Virus record (IMG/VR): IMGVR_UViG_3300045988_138358
DNA: 64,000 nucleotides
Origin: a virus
Lineage: Duplodnaviria; Heunggongvirae; Uroviricota; Caudoviricetes
Reading direction: 5' to 3' (one strand)
Shown: piece after piece, positions 29,770-39,583 of the stretch
Layout: every line of letters starts with the position of its first letter
Numbering within the stretch: position 1 is the first letter of the stretch
Program-made: the position numbers and the translations under genes
Notes under the pieces: model-generated
What the model was told of the DNA's origin: nothing
The model's input: the letters and a program-made list of their open reading frames with translations, nothing else
The model's database searches: none

Positions 29770-30264
29770 TTATAACTTTTCGTACTGAAGCGGTGAACGC
29801 TTAATTTCAAAGTGGCCTTCCGATGTGCTACCAAAGCCACCAGCGCCTCGCTCTGTTTCATCGAGTTCATCAACTTCTACCAGCGATACCGGTTCAACAC
29901 GCTCAAAAATGCCTTGCATGACCGCCATTCCTGGCTTGAGGCAAACGCCTTCACCACCGGGATCTGTAATCAGTTTTGCCATGATTTCACCGCGATAATC
30001 GGAGTCGATAATTCCTACGCAGTTAGCCAGGCGAGTATGTTTTTTGCAGCCCAATCCGGAACGCGGATAGAGTTTCAGACACCAGCCGGGCGGGATCTCC
30101 ATAGCCAGTCCGGTGTACACCCACCAGCTTGAGGAAATTGCACCATTGCTATCGACACATGGTTTTATTTCAACAGCCTCAAAATCCATCGCCGCCGATC
30201 CGGAGGTGGCATAAGCTGGAAGTTTTGCTGCCGGATGTAGGCGTTTCACTTTTACGTAAATCAT
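29770..30264 (-). CDS. dut: dUTP diphosphatase (trimeric dUTPase)
   Basis: PRSGL, GIIDSDYRGEI and GGFGSTS motifs. Confidence 0.85.
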   Translation of the reverse strand: MIYVKVKRLHPAAKLPAYATSGSAAMDFEAVEIKPCVDSNGAISSSWWVYTGLAMEIPPGWCLKLYPRSGLGCKKHTRLANCVGIIDSDYRGEIMAKLITDPGGEGVCLKPGMAVMQGIFERVEPVSLVEVDELDETERGAGGFGSTSEGHFEIKRSPLQYEKL

Positions 30265-30737
30265 TGTTTTTTAGCTCTCTGCGTGAATGTGTAAACCCGA
30301 CGTTTGATATGTGGAACGGTAGGAACAGGAAGACAGGAACTTTCAATAACTCCTTGCTCCTCCAGCGATCGCACCGCCCGCAAGAACTGCGACGTGTCGC
30401 CGCCAAACTGGCGGGCATAGGTGCTGCCGTTATGAAGTATTTGAGCTATTACCCGAGCTTTTGTCTGGCTGTCACGATATGCGAATAGCCGCACGGCCTC
30501 TTCTGGCGCAATCGCTAACTGATAGCCTTTCCCGGCACGGTGTCGAATGAATCCATGCGCCAGTAGGTTTTTGAGTTCGTTACGAGTGCGAACAGATCCG
30601 TAACCCAGGAAGTGTGGATTGATAACGACTGGCTTAAACCATTCCGTAGGTGCTTTAGCTAATAGAGCTAACAGCTTCCCGGATAATTCTGGATAGGAAG
30701 ACGGGTAACAATTCAGAGATGGGTAATAAGTTTTCAC
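30261..30737 (-). CDS. hypothetical protein
   Basis: 158-aa ORF, 4-nt overlap with dut. Confidence 0.45.
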   Translation of the reverse strand: MKTYYPSLNCYPSSYPELSGKLLALLAKAPTEWFKPVVINPHFLGYGSVRTRNELKNLLAHGFIRHRAGKGYQLAIAPEEAVRLFAYRDSQTKARVIAQILHNGSTYARQFGGDTSQFLRAVRSLEEQGVIESSCLPVPTVPHIKRRVYTFTQRAKKQ

Positions 30738-31078
30738 CGACGCCCCCTTGCAGGATATCGACCGGCATTAGTATCCGGTGCAATAAAGCCGGTAGTGGGG
30801 CGAGTGAAAGCGAGATTAATCTTCTCGACCATAGTGCGATAATTTTCCTGATAGTGGGCCAGGAGTTTTTCGGCGGCAATGATGGTTACTTTCCGGACGT
30901 AGCTTTCTGCTTCCTCCAGATTTCGCCAGTTTTTTTCGAGGGTAAACACAGGGACGGCCTCAAGCCCGGTCATGATGCCGAACACAACGACAGCATGACT
31001 GTTCTTAACACCAGCGGCGAAGGTTACGGTGTAACCATCCACCTTGAAGCGTCTTGATTCCGTGATTTGACTCTGCAA
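30734..31078 (-). CDS. hypothetical protein
   Basis: 114-aa ORF; first gene after an operator-like motif at about 31137. Confidence 0.45.
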   Translation of the reverse strand: MQSQITESRRFKVDGYTVTFAAGVKNSHAVVVFGIMTGLEAVPVFTLEKNWRNLEEAESYVRKVTIIAAEKLLAHYQENYRTMVEKINLAFTRPTTGFIAPDTNAGRYPARGRR

Positions 31079-31151
31079 AGCACCCTCCTAAATAGGCGAG
31101 GGTACTTTACAGCAAAGACGTTAATCTAAAAAGATGTGTTAGAAATTTAAT

Positions 31152-32180
31152 TTACGAATCCATCAGGCGGCTATTAGCCCCCACAGACACGCCGCCACGG
31201 CGAAGATACCGCATAAGTGTTTCCGGTTTCTTCCAGGTTCCTTCCTGCATGATCTCCACCATAGACACCTGCTTTTCAGCCATATCAATAGCGGCCCCGA
31301 CGCGTGCACTATGCCCGGTCCACGTCCGGTATCTTCCTTTGTTTGGCGTAGCATCTCTTTTATTCAGCAACACCCAGGCGTCGCTGAATATTTTCTCCAT
31401 TGCAGGTGCAGTAAGGGGCGTTGTCGTGATCCTGGCCTTATTGCTACGGTGTATCGGCGGGAACAGCACTGCGTCAGGATGTTCGCGAAGCCCGGAAACA
31501 TCCAGCCAGTCATTCAGCACAGCGGTAGTGCGACGGGAAAGCACCTTATCAAGCCCGGCGGCGGTCGTTATTGTCTTCGTGTGTGAAATATGTAGCGTGA
31601 CAGTGTCACCTGTTTGGTCCAGATCTCCTACACGAATACGCGAGATTTCCGACATACGCATCAGCGTATTGTATGCAACAAAGAGAAAAGCCCGGTTGCG
31701 CAGGTCCACCAGCCGTTCTGACCTGGACAACAGGACGTCGAGCAGTTTCAGATCGTCCCACCGCAGCGGTATAGCCTGGCCTGTTCGTTCGCCTTTTTCA
31801 GTTGCCGCTTCGCGCCGGATGCGCCGCATAGCCAGAGAAACACTTTTATCATCCGAAAGTGGCGGAAGGCCACAATGCGAAAGCAGCATGTTCAGCATGG
31901 CGTAGTGCTTATCAATGGTGGTCGAAGCCAGATCGGCATCATGCAGCTGAAGAAAATACTCGCGGGCCATTTCTGGTGAGATCGGAAACCAGGCAAGCTG
32001 GCGAGCGTGACACCAGCGCGCCCAGGAATGAAACACCAAACGGAGGTCGCGCAGAGTATTCGGCGCATAAGCTCCCTGGTCATTCATGAACCGCATAAAG
32101 TTTTCTGCGGCTTCCTGGTACTCTTTGCCAATGTTGCGCAGAAAACCACCGGAACTGCCAGAGATAATTAATTCACTCAT
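31152..32180 (-). CDS. dre: Cre-family tyrosine recombinase, Dre-like
   Basis: Roughly 45% identity to P1 Cre by eye across the catalytic domain (SLAMRRIRRE, AYNTLMRMSEISRIRV, WTGHSARVGAA, LMRYLR); paired with a rox-like site. Confidence 0.9.
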   Translation of the reverse strand: MSELIISGSSGGFLRNIGKEYQEAAENFMRFMNDQGAYAPNTLRDLRLVFHSWARWCHARQLAWFPISPEMAREYFLQLHDADLASTTIDKHYAMLNMLLSHCGLPPLSDDKSVSLAMRRIRREAATEKGERTGQAIPLRWDDLKLLDVLLSRSERLVDLRNRAFLFVAYNTLMRMSEISRIRVGDLDQTGDTVTLHISHTKTITTAAGLDKVLSRRTTAVLNDWLDVSGLREHPDAVLFPPIHRSNKARITTTPLTAPAMEKIFSDAWVLLNKRDATPNKGRYRTWTGHSARVGAAIDMAEKQVSMVEIMQEGTWKKPETLMRYLRRGGVSVGANSRLMDS

Positions 32181-32332
32181 GAAACTATTTAACCTCTATA
32201 TACAGATGACGCTACGCGAAAAATATAAAAATGACAGGGTAGCTATAAGTTAATTTTCAAGATTCAAGCCTTTGATTCGATGCACGTATTTTCAGTGATG
32301 TCAATACTGATCATCTACCCATGATTATAGCC

Positions 32333-32364
32333 TAACTTTAAATAATGCCAATTATCTAAAGTTA
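32333..32364. other. rox-like recombination site (14-bp inverted arms, 4-bp spacer)
   Basis: TAACTTTAAATAAT-GCCA-ATTATCTAAAGTTA; differs at one right-arm position from the D6 rox site as recalled; 152 bp upstream of the recombinase start. Confidence 0.8.
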
Positions 32365-32565
32365 GAAATTTAGGAATTTTTTTCCTTTCCGCGCAGATGG
32401 GCAATGCATTGCTGGTGTGGGCTTTAAGTTATGCCTGGCAGTTTTTAAGCAGAATTTTCTAAATTGGATGATAAAAAAATGCATCTTGATCCTTTACTCA
32501 CCCTGTTATTCGGCATAGATTTGTCATAGTAATTTTATGTTAGAAAACTAAATCGAGTAGGAATA

Positions 32566-33603
32566 ATGAGTAAGAAGTCGATCGAGAAAGAGTACAAACG
32601 GTTCCTGCAAACCGCTGAACGGTGGAAAGAGCTGGTGGTCGCAAACTCTGTTTTCCATGATACCAGTTATTCCGGCGAGGAATTCCGCCATGTTGCACTA
32701 ACACATGATCAGAATGTGCTAGAAGAAGCTGAAAAGTGCCTCACAGAATGGAAAGCCTTTGTTGACTTGTGCCGTAACGCTGACGGCAAAGCGTCTAACA
32801 TTGTTGAGTCTGTATATTCTCCGATCCCATTCATTATCGAGGACACAAATCAAAGCACGCATATTGTTGTGCAAAGCGCGACCACCACCCGCTCATTTAC
32901 GCGCGAAAATCTGCTCAAAAAATATGATGCAATTATAAAGAAAAGCCTGAAAAACAAGATATTTTCGCAGATTGTTGGTGCACTTGAAGAAGAGCGCCGT
33001 TTTTTCGCATCAGAACCTGAAGGGGAAGTTTACCGGGCGCGCAAAGATGGATACACAGATGTAGTGCTTACAACAAACATTGAAGGCAGCAATGCTCTGT
33101 CACGATTCAGGGTAGGCGCACACGGAGCCTTAGTGTTCGCAAAACTTCCGAACACCACAGTGCCCGTTGTTAATAATGTCGGCGAACGTCGCAGCATTAC
33201 TATTTATTCTGGGGTTGAGTCGATACCTTGCGGCCTGCTTGGTGACTTTAGTCTCTATCGCGTTCGCGATCTGGAGAAACACCAACCAAGCTATGTTGCG
33301 AAGTCATACATCTTGCGAAACATCGACATCCGCAATGAGAGCTTAAAGAACAAATCAGCCAAAATGCTTGAGGAAGCCGATCCGGCTATTCGCCATATCA
33401 TTGAGCGTAAAATACAGACAGCACGCGAAGCGATGGCGAGACTGAATAAAATGGATCTGGAGTTGTTAGACGTAATGATGACATCCGGAGATGACCTGAC
33501 AGGCATAAAACTGACAGACGCGCGGAAAAGATACGGTAAAACCATAGAAGAACGTTACGGGTTCACTTTCTCCCAAACACAGCACGCCGCTAAACTCTGG
33601 TAA
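32566..33603 (+). CDS. hypothetical protein, candidate regulator
   Basis: 345 aa; an operator-like motif (TATGTTAGAAAACTAAAT) sits about 15 bp upstream of its ribosome-binding site. Confidence 0.45.
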   Translation: MSKKSIEKEYKRFLQTAERWKELVVANSVFHDTSYSGEEFRHVALTHDQNVLEEAEKCLTEWKAFVDLCRNADGKASNIVESVYSPIPFIIEDTNQSTHIVVQSATTTRSFTRENLLKKYDAIIKKSLKNKIFSQIVGALEEERRFFASEPEGEVYRARKDGYTDVVLTTNIEGSNALSRFRVGAHGALVFAKLPNTTVPVVNNVGERRSITIYSGVESIPCGLLGDFSLYRVRDLEKHQPSYVAKSYILRNIDIRNESLKNKSAKMLEEADPAIRHIIERKIQTAREAMARLNKMDLELLDVMMTSGDDLTGIKLTDARKRYGKTIEERYGFTFSQTQHAAKLW

Positions 33604-33674
33604 TCACAAGCCCCGCATTGCCGGGGCTTTATCCGGTGCGCCGTAAAACCCCGTCCTTCAGGGCGTGGAGGATG

Positions 33675-35183
33675 TCAAATATCCAGATCTGGCATTTCTA
33701 CATCTGCAAGAACCTGATCGCGGAAGGTAGCCATTTCAGCGCCGATATCTTCATTAGCAGGAACATAGTCCACCAGCATTGTAAAGCAGTAGGTATCCCA
33801 TCGGTCAGGTGATTTGATGTTCAGCTTTTGCCGCATGTGCTCCTTGCGCATCATCGCCATCTTCCCTTCTTCATTAAGTAAAAAGGGGATTTTTGACGCT
33901 TGCTCTGCCGTTTTAGGGTCGCTGTCTATTCGCATACGACCTGACTTTATGGCATCACGAGCCATAATATTTGCGTAGGCACGCTGGTTAACAAAACGCT
34001 CCTTGTCTTTGTTCGAAAACATGGGTTTCCCCCACCGAATCCGTACCGGATTAGCCCCACGGCGCACCAGCTGCGCACAGGTATCTGAACCAAAACCGTC
34101 TGCGTCAACCGCGATTGTAATATTCGGGTATTTATCCGGCGTGCATTCGTTGTATATAAAGTCAGCAAAAGCCAGCGGGTCCATAGTCCCTGGCATTTCC
34201 ATTACCTTAAAGTTAACAACACGCCGCTTTTCCCGGTGACCAGACACTTTACAGATATTAAGAACTGACTTGTCTCGCCCGTTACCAACGTCAGCAGTAG
34301 CCACCCATCCCCAGTTTTTCTCCAACAACACCTTGCGCCGCGCAGCGCGATCGCATTCATCACGACCAAGCAAATAGCCGTTAATCTCCCGAGGAAACTG
34401 ACCAAGAACCTTGACCATGTACTCAATAGAATCGCGCCCGCCATATTCTAGGAGTTTCTGCCTGATGAATTGTGGTGTGACGAACGGTGATTCTTCTGAG
34501 TTAAGAACAATTGCTGTCCAGATCCCTTTCGGGTTGTCTGGGGTTTTAGCTTGAGAATGGTGCGAATCGTAGAAATAACCACTTGGCCTTGTTGGCTGGG
34601 ATAGCATCAACATTCGGTTATCTTCTTCAGTCAGAGCGCCAGTCATTACGCCGATCGCTTTATCAGATATACCTGATGCTTCATCCAGAATTAGAAGCAA
34701 ATGTGCCGCGTGCTCCCCCGCCAGAGCTTCTTCGTTACCGAGTCGATAGCCTTTGCAGAGAACTTCCCAGATCCCCTTTCGAGAGCGTTCATAAAACATG
34801 GTGTCAGACAGGACAAAATAGGTCTGTAACCACCCATGACGCTTAACGGCATTCGCCCAATACTGTTTAACGTATTTGAATACACCTGTCTTAACCTGAC
34901 CTATTTTGTTAGCAACAATGATGACACGGGCATCGGGGAACAGAATCAAATAAATCAGCAACAACATAGCCGTTAGCGACGATTTCCCTGTACCGTGACC
35001 AGAGGTAACAGTGGTTCTGCTCCCTTTTTGCTGTACGGACTGGATAATCTCCTGCTGCTGGTGGGAGGGAAACATCCCGAATATATCAACAACAGCCTGG
35101 GTAAAGTTGTAGCGGTATTTGATTACCATATCGCGCCAGCGTGGATCGCTGGTGACGCATTTAATCTTGCGCCCACCAGCCAT
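33675..35183 (-). CDS. pacB: terminase large subunit (PacB-like)
   Basis: Walker A TSGHGTGKS, Walker B LLILDEASG, C-terminal Asp-rich nuclease-like domain. Confidence 0.85.
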   Translation of the reverse strand: MAGGRKIKCVTSDPRWRDMVIKYRYNFTQAVVDIFGMFPSHQQQEIIQSVQQKGSRTTVTSGHGTGKSSLTAMLLLIYLILFPDARVIIVANKIGQVKTGVFKYVKQYWANAVKRHGWLQTYFVLSDTMFYERSRKGIWEVLCKGYRLGNEEALAGEHAAHLLLILDEASGISDKAIGVMTGALTEEDNRMLMLSQPTRPSGYFYDSHHSQAKTPDNPKGIWTAIVLNSEESPFVTPQFIRQKLLEYGGRDSIEYMVKVLGQFPREINGYLLGRDECDRAARRKVLLEKNWGWVATADVGNGRDKSVLNICKVSGHREKRRVVNFKVMEMPGTMDPLAFADFIYNECTPDKYPNITIAVDADGFGSDTCAQLVRRGANPVRIRWGKPMFSNKDKERFVNQRAYANIMARDAIKSGRMRIDSDPKTAEQASKIPFLLNEEGKMAMMRKEHMRQKLNIKSPDRWDTYCFTMLVDYVPANEDIGAEMATFRDQVLADVEMPDLDI

Positions 35184-36547
35184 TAGTCATCCTCCGGCGG
35201 TTCTATCGCAATATCATCATCTCCGGCGTCATACCCTGCATCTGATGCATCATAATCACCGTAAATTTCAGCCGTTGCCGAAGGGTCAATGTCCAACTCT
35301 TCATCGTTGGCCTCGAATTCCCCAGCCTTACGCTCGCCATTGTGGTCGTAATCTCCGCACCCCAGATCTTCAACAATGGTTGCCACATCCGCCCGGCGCT
35401 CTGCCAGCCATTGCGGATGGTTAGCCTGAAGCGATGCAAACTCCTTCGCTTCTTTGTCCAGCTGTTCATCATCAACATCATTGATGTCAGAAACTGGAGG
35501 TTCGAGAAGAGTGATAGCTTTCGCCGCGCGCGCCGCGAGGATAGCCGGGACACTGACACCCTGACGCTCGATGTATTCAGCAACACCGATATCGTCCAGC
35601 TCCTCGCGCTCACGCATACGTATAGCGGCGGCGATAACTCTGGCTGCGCGTGCGTCAGCGCCAATGCGATATTCAATCTCTTTGCCACGCTGTTCGGCCT
35701 GTAGGCGTGCTAATTCGAGTTTTTCTCTGGCCTCGGCCTCTCTGAATGCTTGCTGGCGAGCACCCTGACGAAGTTTTTCATCACCCTGTCGCAGCTTTTG
35801 TTCGGACTGATATATCGCTGCCAACCTACTGATAAAATCGTTCATGTAGTAGGCCGCGTCACTGATTAGACCGAGAAGTCGCTGCCCAGGGTGCATTCCT
35901 TCTGGCTGTTCATCACCCAGGGCGTCTATCTCCGCCTGTAGGCGTTCGGCCTCCTGATCAACAATGCTTTGGTACTGAAGTGCGCGTTCTTGCGCCATTT
36001 GAATTGCTAACCGCAGGTGCTCTTCTGCGCCGTTCTTCATCATGTCGCGAGCCACACTCGTAGTGGGCAACGTGGCACGCTGCACAGCACCGCCAGGGAT
36101 CATTGCTGAAGATCCCTCGATTTTTGAGGCGCATTTATCTTCGGTGGGGATCATTTTCGCCATTTTTTCGCGCAATGATCTCCTGACAGATTCTTTTATC
36201 TCATTGTTATTATTTGCATTATTTTCATGATCCGAAGTTTTCTTTCTCGGCATACTTCGGAAAGAACCTGTGCCCTGCGAATTGTCAATTTCTGTAAATT
36301 TTGTTGTTTCTGTACCCTCTTCTGGTCTTTTTTTTGCTCTTCCTGCCCGTTTTTTTTGAGGTGATTTGGTGCTTTTTTTTGTAGTCTTCACCTGCGACCG
36401 CACCTCATTTTTTTTCATATTGAGATGCTTTCTGGCGGTATTGAAGCTAAGGTCGTGTTGCTCGCAGTATTCCTTTACGGTGATCCCTTTTTCTTCACGC
36501 AACGCTATAAATTTGGCGCGGTGCTCTTCCCAATTAACCAGACTCAT
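35183..36547 (-). CDS. pacA: terminase small-subunit / pac-recognition protein (PacA-like)
   Basis: N-terminal HTH (EYCEQHDLSFNTARKHL), long basic and acidic coiled regions; stop overlaps pacB start. Confidence 0.65.
   Translation of the reverse strand: MSLVNWEEHRAKFIALREEKGITVKEYCEQHDLSFNTARKHLNMKKNEVRSQVKTTKKSTKSPQKKRAGRAKKRPEEGTETTKFTEIDNSQGTGSFRSMPRKKTSDHENNANNNNEIKESVRRSLREKMAKMIPTEDKCASKIEGSSAMIPGGAVQRATLPTTSVARDMMKNGAEEHLRLAIQMAQERALQYQSIVDQEAERLQAEIDALGDEQPEGMHPGQRLLGLISDAAYYMNDFISRLAAIYQSEQKLRQGDEKLRQGARQQAFREAEAREKLELARLQAEQRGKEIEYRIGADARAARVIAAAIRMREREELDDIGVAEYIERQGVSVPAILAARAAKAITLLEPPVSDINDVDDEQLDKEAKEFASLQANHPQWLAERRADVATIVEDLGCGDYDHNGERKAGEFEANDEELDIDPSATAEIYGDYDASDAGYDAGDDDIAIEPPEDD
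36095..36235. other. candidate pac site: GATC-hexamer cluster inside pacA
   Basis: Five GATC within about 135 bp (near 36098, 36111, 36149, 36177, 36229), each in a TGATC-like hexamer; P1 pac is a cluster of TGATCA hexamers in the 5' part of pacA. Confidence 0.4.
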
Positions 36548-36936
36548 AAAGCAACACCACGCTTTTTAACGGCGGCATTCCACAGCTTATTCGCCATGTC
36601 CACCAGCTCTCGTTGCTCTTTTCGCGCCTGTTCGACTGATTTCCTGCTACAGTTTTTAACCAGTAAGCTACCGTATTCAGGGGTGCGCCCGCGCACCTTG
36701 AACTGATATCCGTTCAGGCCATGCAACCAGTATTTCCGTGGGTAAACACGATCATCAAGCTCACAAATAGCTCGGCTTGACCGCACAAAATGCCGAATGA
36801 TGTTGGTTACACTTACTCGTGAAACATGAAGGTGAGGATATTTTTCTTTAGCTAGAGTGGTGATTTCGGTGACTGTCAGATAGCAGTCAGCCCTAATCAT
36901 GATATCCGCAATTTCTGCGCTGCTGATATGCTCCAT
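36544..36936 (-). CDS. small HTH protein upstream of pacA, possible late-promoter activator (Lpa-like)
   Basis: 130 aa; first gene after an operator pair; assignment is by position only. Confidence 0.3.
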   Translation of the reverse strand: MEHISSAEIADIMIRADCYLTVTEITTLAKEKYPHLHVSRVSVTNIIRHFVRSSRAICELDDRVYPRKYWLHGLNGYQFKVRGRTPEYGSLLVKNCSRKSVEQARKEQRELVDMANKLWNAAVKKRGVAL

Positions 36937-37011
36937 TAATCCCCCAGGCAGGAAATGACCGAGGGGATGATAATGAGAATGTTATTTCTGTATAGACTGG
37001 CAAAAAGTTGG

Positions 37012-37046
37012 TTATATTAGAAAATTAATTCCATTCATCTAACACT
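37012..37046. promoter_or_regulatory. inverted pair of TGTTAGA operator-like half-sites upstream of the pac operon
   Basis: TATTAGAAAATT ... TCTAACAC; on the gene strand the distal half-site is followed by TATAAC. Confidence 0.55.
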
Positions 37047-37437
37047 ACCAGCGAGATAAGCGAACGACGTGTTTTACCTTAGCGATCCACTTACCACGTG
37101 AGTTATTAATTACGGCCTGCGCCACCTTTAAGCTGACTTCAAAATCAGCCTTACGACCATCAGAATCCACCAGCGTTGCACCGTCTATTTCCGGCAGGCT
37201 TAAATAATCCTGTTCTACCTCTAATGGCATTGACGGCTCTCTGAATGGTGTCAATTGCCGAGCTTTCCAGATAAAGCGAACTCTCAATCCCCTATAAGCC
37301 ATTACCATGTAGCCTGTTATCGTGCTCTTATGGCCTGCATCAGTACGCGCAGCATTACACGATACAATCTTACAGGTGACGATATTCCACTCCACGTTGG
37401 AGACTTCGTGAATGCTTAATTTTGTTGTCTCGTACAT
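37045..37437 (-). CDS. hypothetical protein
   Basis: 130-aa ORF. Confidence 0.4.
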   Translation of the reverse strand: MYETTKLSIHEVSNVEWNIVTCKIVSCNAARTDAGHKSTITGYMVMAYRGLRVRFIWKARQLTPFREPSMPLEVEQDYLSLPEIDGATLVDSDGRKADFEVSLKVAQAVINNSRGKWIAKVKHVVRLSRW

Positions 37438-38012
37438 CAGAATGCCTCCCAGTCAGTTGCGATAATATCCACGCCAGTTGCGAACCAGTCTGTCTGCGCC
37501 TGTAAATCCCCATTCATCATTACCAGGCGAGGCATAACCATCACATCGCACCCTTCCACAATATCGAATGCCTCTTCCGGCAAGAATTCGAAGAGCTTTT
37601 CTTTGCTGCCAATGCTGCCACGGAACATCGATAAATAGCTCCCTTTAGGCCATGATGCCCGGCGGGCATCCAGCCCCTTCATCATCCAGAACATGGCGGC
37701 AGAAAAATTGATGTTCTTTTTGGCGATGAAAACATTATTGGCTTCTGTTTGCTTCAGAAACTTAATTAGCCTTGCCATCGACTCGGATAACGCTACGTAT
37801 GGCTCATGATTGGCTGCGGACACGCTCACACCATGTAATCCAACACTGACTACCGTCATATCGCCGCTTTGAGCGGTTTCAATGTTGACACCTTTGCGAA
37901 CTAACGAGGCATAAAGTTCCTCTCGCTTTTGTGTCCAGCGTTCCCGCTGACCGATGAAGTCACTCAATATGAGGTCTGCTTCTGCATACGCGTTATCGTT
38001 CGCCGTTAACAT
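37437..38012 (-). CDS. hypothetical protein
   Basis: 191 aa; AMFWMMKGLDARRASW motif similar to the protein at 29291-29755. Confidence 0.45.
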   Translation of the reverse strand: MLTANDNAYAEADLILSDFIGQRERWTQKREELYASLVRKGVNIETAQSGDMTVVSVGLHGVSVSAANHEPYVALSESMARLIKFLKQTEANNVFIAKKNINFSAAMFWMMKGLDARRASWPKGSYLSMFRGSIGSKEKLFEFLPEEAFDIVEGCDVMVMPRLVMMNGDLQAQTDWFATGVDIIATDWEAF

Positions 38013-38465
38013 AACGTCTCCTTTTTACACGCGCGACCATCCCTCGGTTAAACCGATAGAGATGTCGAAACTTCGTATTAATTAAGGGTTACAGCCTGAG
38101 CGGCTATATGATGAATTGAAAGGAGTTGTGGCGGTGGTGCCTCCACCTGCCAGGTTAGCCACTCCTGGCGACGTCACTTATCAGAACGTAGTGAATGAAA
38201 ATGGCTTCGTCACGAGCGCATAGCCGCAATTACCACAACGGAAACGGCGCTCACGCTAATTAAACGCCTTTTCCTGTTGTGCGCCGTACTCTTCCGGCTG
38301 TCACACCGAATCGCCAGGGTGGTGAGTCCTCGGTCCGACGATATGAACGGGGCTTGCACATTCCGGCTACCTGGTTTGTTGCCTGAGCTAGGGGAAAAGG
38401 TAACCCCTTTAACGTCACCAGACCGCTAACGACGCATGTGCCATACGCCGTGTTACAACCAAATA

Positions 38466-38541
38466 TGGTGGCCCCTACCGGACTTGAACCGGTGACCGTG
38501 CGATTATGAGTCGCCAGCTCTAACCACTGAGCTAAAGGGCC
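38466..38541 (-). tRNA. tRNA-Ile (anticodon CAT, ileX-like; Met not excluded)
   Basis: Reverse complement folds as a canonical cloverleaf with anticodon loop CTCATAA and encoded CCA; very close to E. coli ileX as recalled. Confidence 0.8.
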
Positions 38542-38953
38542 AGATTACTGTTAATTCCGCTTACGCTTTTTGCCAGAACCGCGTAAGGCTTTTGCCGCTT
38601 GCTCGATCCCATATGCAACCACCAGCAGAAATAAAAATGTCCAACCAGGGTTCTTATCGGCAAAGGCCCAAAAATCCATCACTTGCAGCTACCTTTTAAG
38701 ACAAAACGCCATTGCTGTTAGATTGCGGTGCCTGGTGCCTCCAGGTGACGTTAACCAGTTAACAATTAACGCCGGGATGTTTGATTTAACCACTAAGGAG
38801 GATTGTTTTAACTGTTCCGCGTGCGCTTAGCCGCATTCACCGCAATGGTAAGAGCACTTGGCTGGCTGGGCGGCGATGACGCCTGTACGCATTTGGTGAT
38901 CCGGTTCTGCTTCCGGCATTCGCTTAATTAGCCAAATACTCTTAACGTTGCGC

Positions 38954-39040
38954 TGGCGGAGAGTAATGGAATCGAACCATCATCGCTTGCGCAATGGGAC
39001 GGTTTTCAAGACCGCTTGAGCACCATGCTCCCTACTCTCC
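38954..39040 (-). tRNA. class II tRNA, probably Ser (anticodon TGA), atypical D-arm
   Basis: 87 nt; 7-bp acceptor stem, anticodon loop CTTGAAA, long variable arm, T-arm GATGG-TTCGATT-CCATT, G73, CCA; D-arm does not fold canonically. Confidence 0.45.
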
Positions 39041-39185
39041 GGCCGTTGTGGTGGCCGGTACTGAATCTCCGGCATACGGTGCAGCCAATTAGGACTACGG
39101 ACGATCACCGCTCGCGAAAGGGAAGATTTGCGGCCGCATTTCCCTAACATCCAAGAAAGCTATCGCATCAGTCTGCGAATCCACC

Positions 39186-39277
39186 ACAACGTTGAGAACA
39201 CTGGTTGTCACGCTGCAACGCAACATTTATTCGTAGATTGGGATATGACCCCGTTACGTCAGTGTTCTCAACGTTGT
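39186..39277. repeat. perfect 18-bp inverted repeat with 56-nt loop
   Basis: ACAACGTTGAGAACACTG at 39186-39203 and its exact reverse complement at 39260-39277, in the non-coding tRNA region. Confidence 0.6.
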
Positions 39278-39420
39278 AGTACCGGTTACGGTTCCGGCCA
39301 GGCCTCTTCCTCAACGGGGTATTCTCCATACGGACTACCGTTTATTGGTCGTTCCTGCGGTTTATGTTGTGAAGCCAGATGCTTATCTTCTGGTTGCTTC
39401 AAAGAGCTGCACTTCATCAC

Positions 39421-39500
39421 AACGGTAAGGGTACTTCGTAGGGATTCGAACCCTCTGCCAAGCACGGCGATCTCCGACGTCGCAAAATACCCTTACCTGT
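39421..39500 (-). pseudogene. tRNA-like remnant
   Basis: GGGTTCGAATCCC T-arm-like element enclosed by a 10-bp helix (GGTAAGGGTA/TACCCTTACC); no canonical cloverleaf can be drawn. Confidence 0.25.
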
Positions 39501-39505
39501 TGTGT

Positions 39506-39581
39506 TGGTGCCGATTAACGGACTCGAACCGCTGACATCCTGCTTACAAGGCAGGCGCTCTACCAACTGAGCTAAACCGGC
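39506..39581 (-). tRNA. tRNA-Thr (anticodon TGT)
   Basis: Canonical cloverleaf, anticodon loop CTTGTAA, T-loop TTCGAGT, CCA encoded. Confidence 0.85.
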
Positions 39582-39583
39582 AT

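Noticed and set aside
33618-33812. Plus-strand ORFs overlapping pacB and pacA (33618-33812, 35119-35424, 35342-35704 and others).
   Set aside because: They lie within and antisense to the terminase genes, which have conserved Walker and nuclease motifs, and show biased nonsense-frame composition.
39421-39500. A fifth tRNA gene between tRNA-Ser-like and tRNA-Thr.
   Set aside because: A T-arm-like GGGTTCGAATCCC and a 10-bp terminal helix are present, but no anticodon or D-arm can be placed and the 3' end lacks a proper acceptor/CCA arrangement; reported only as a remnant.
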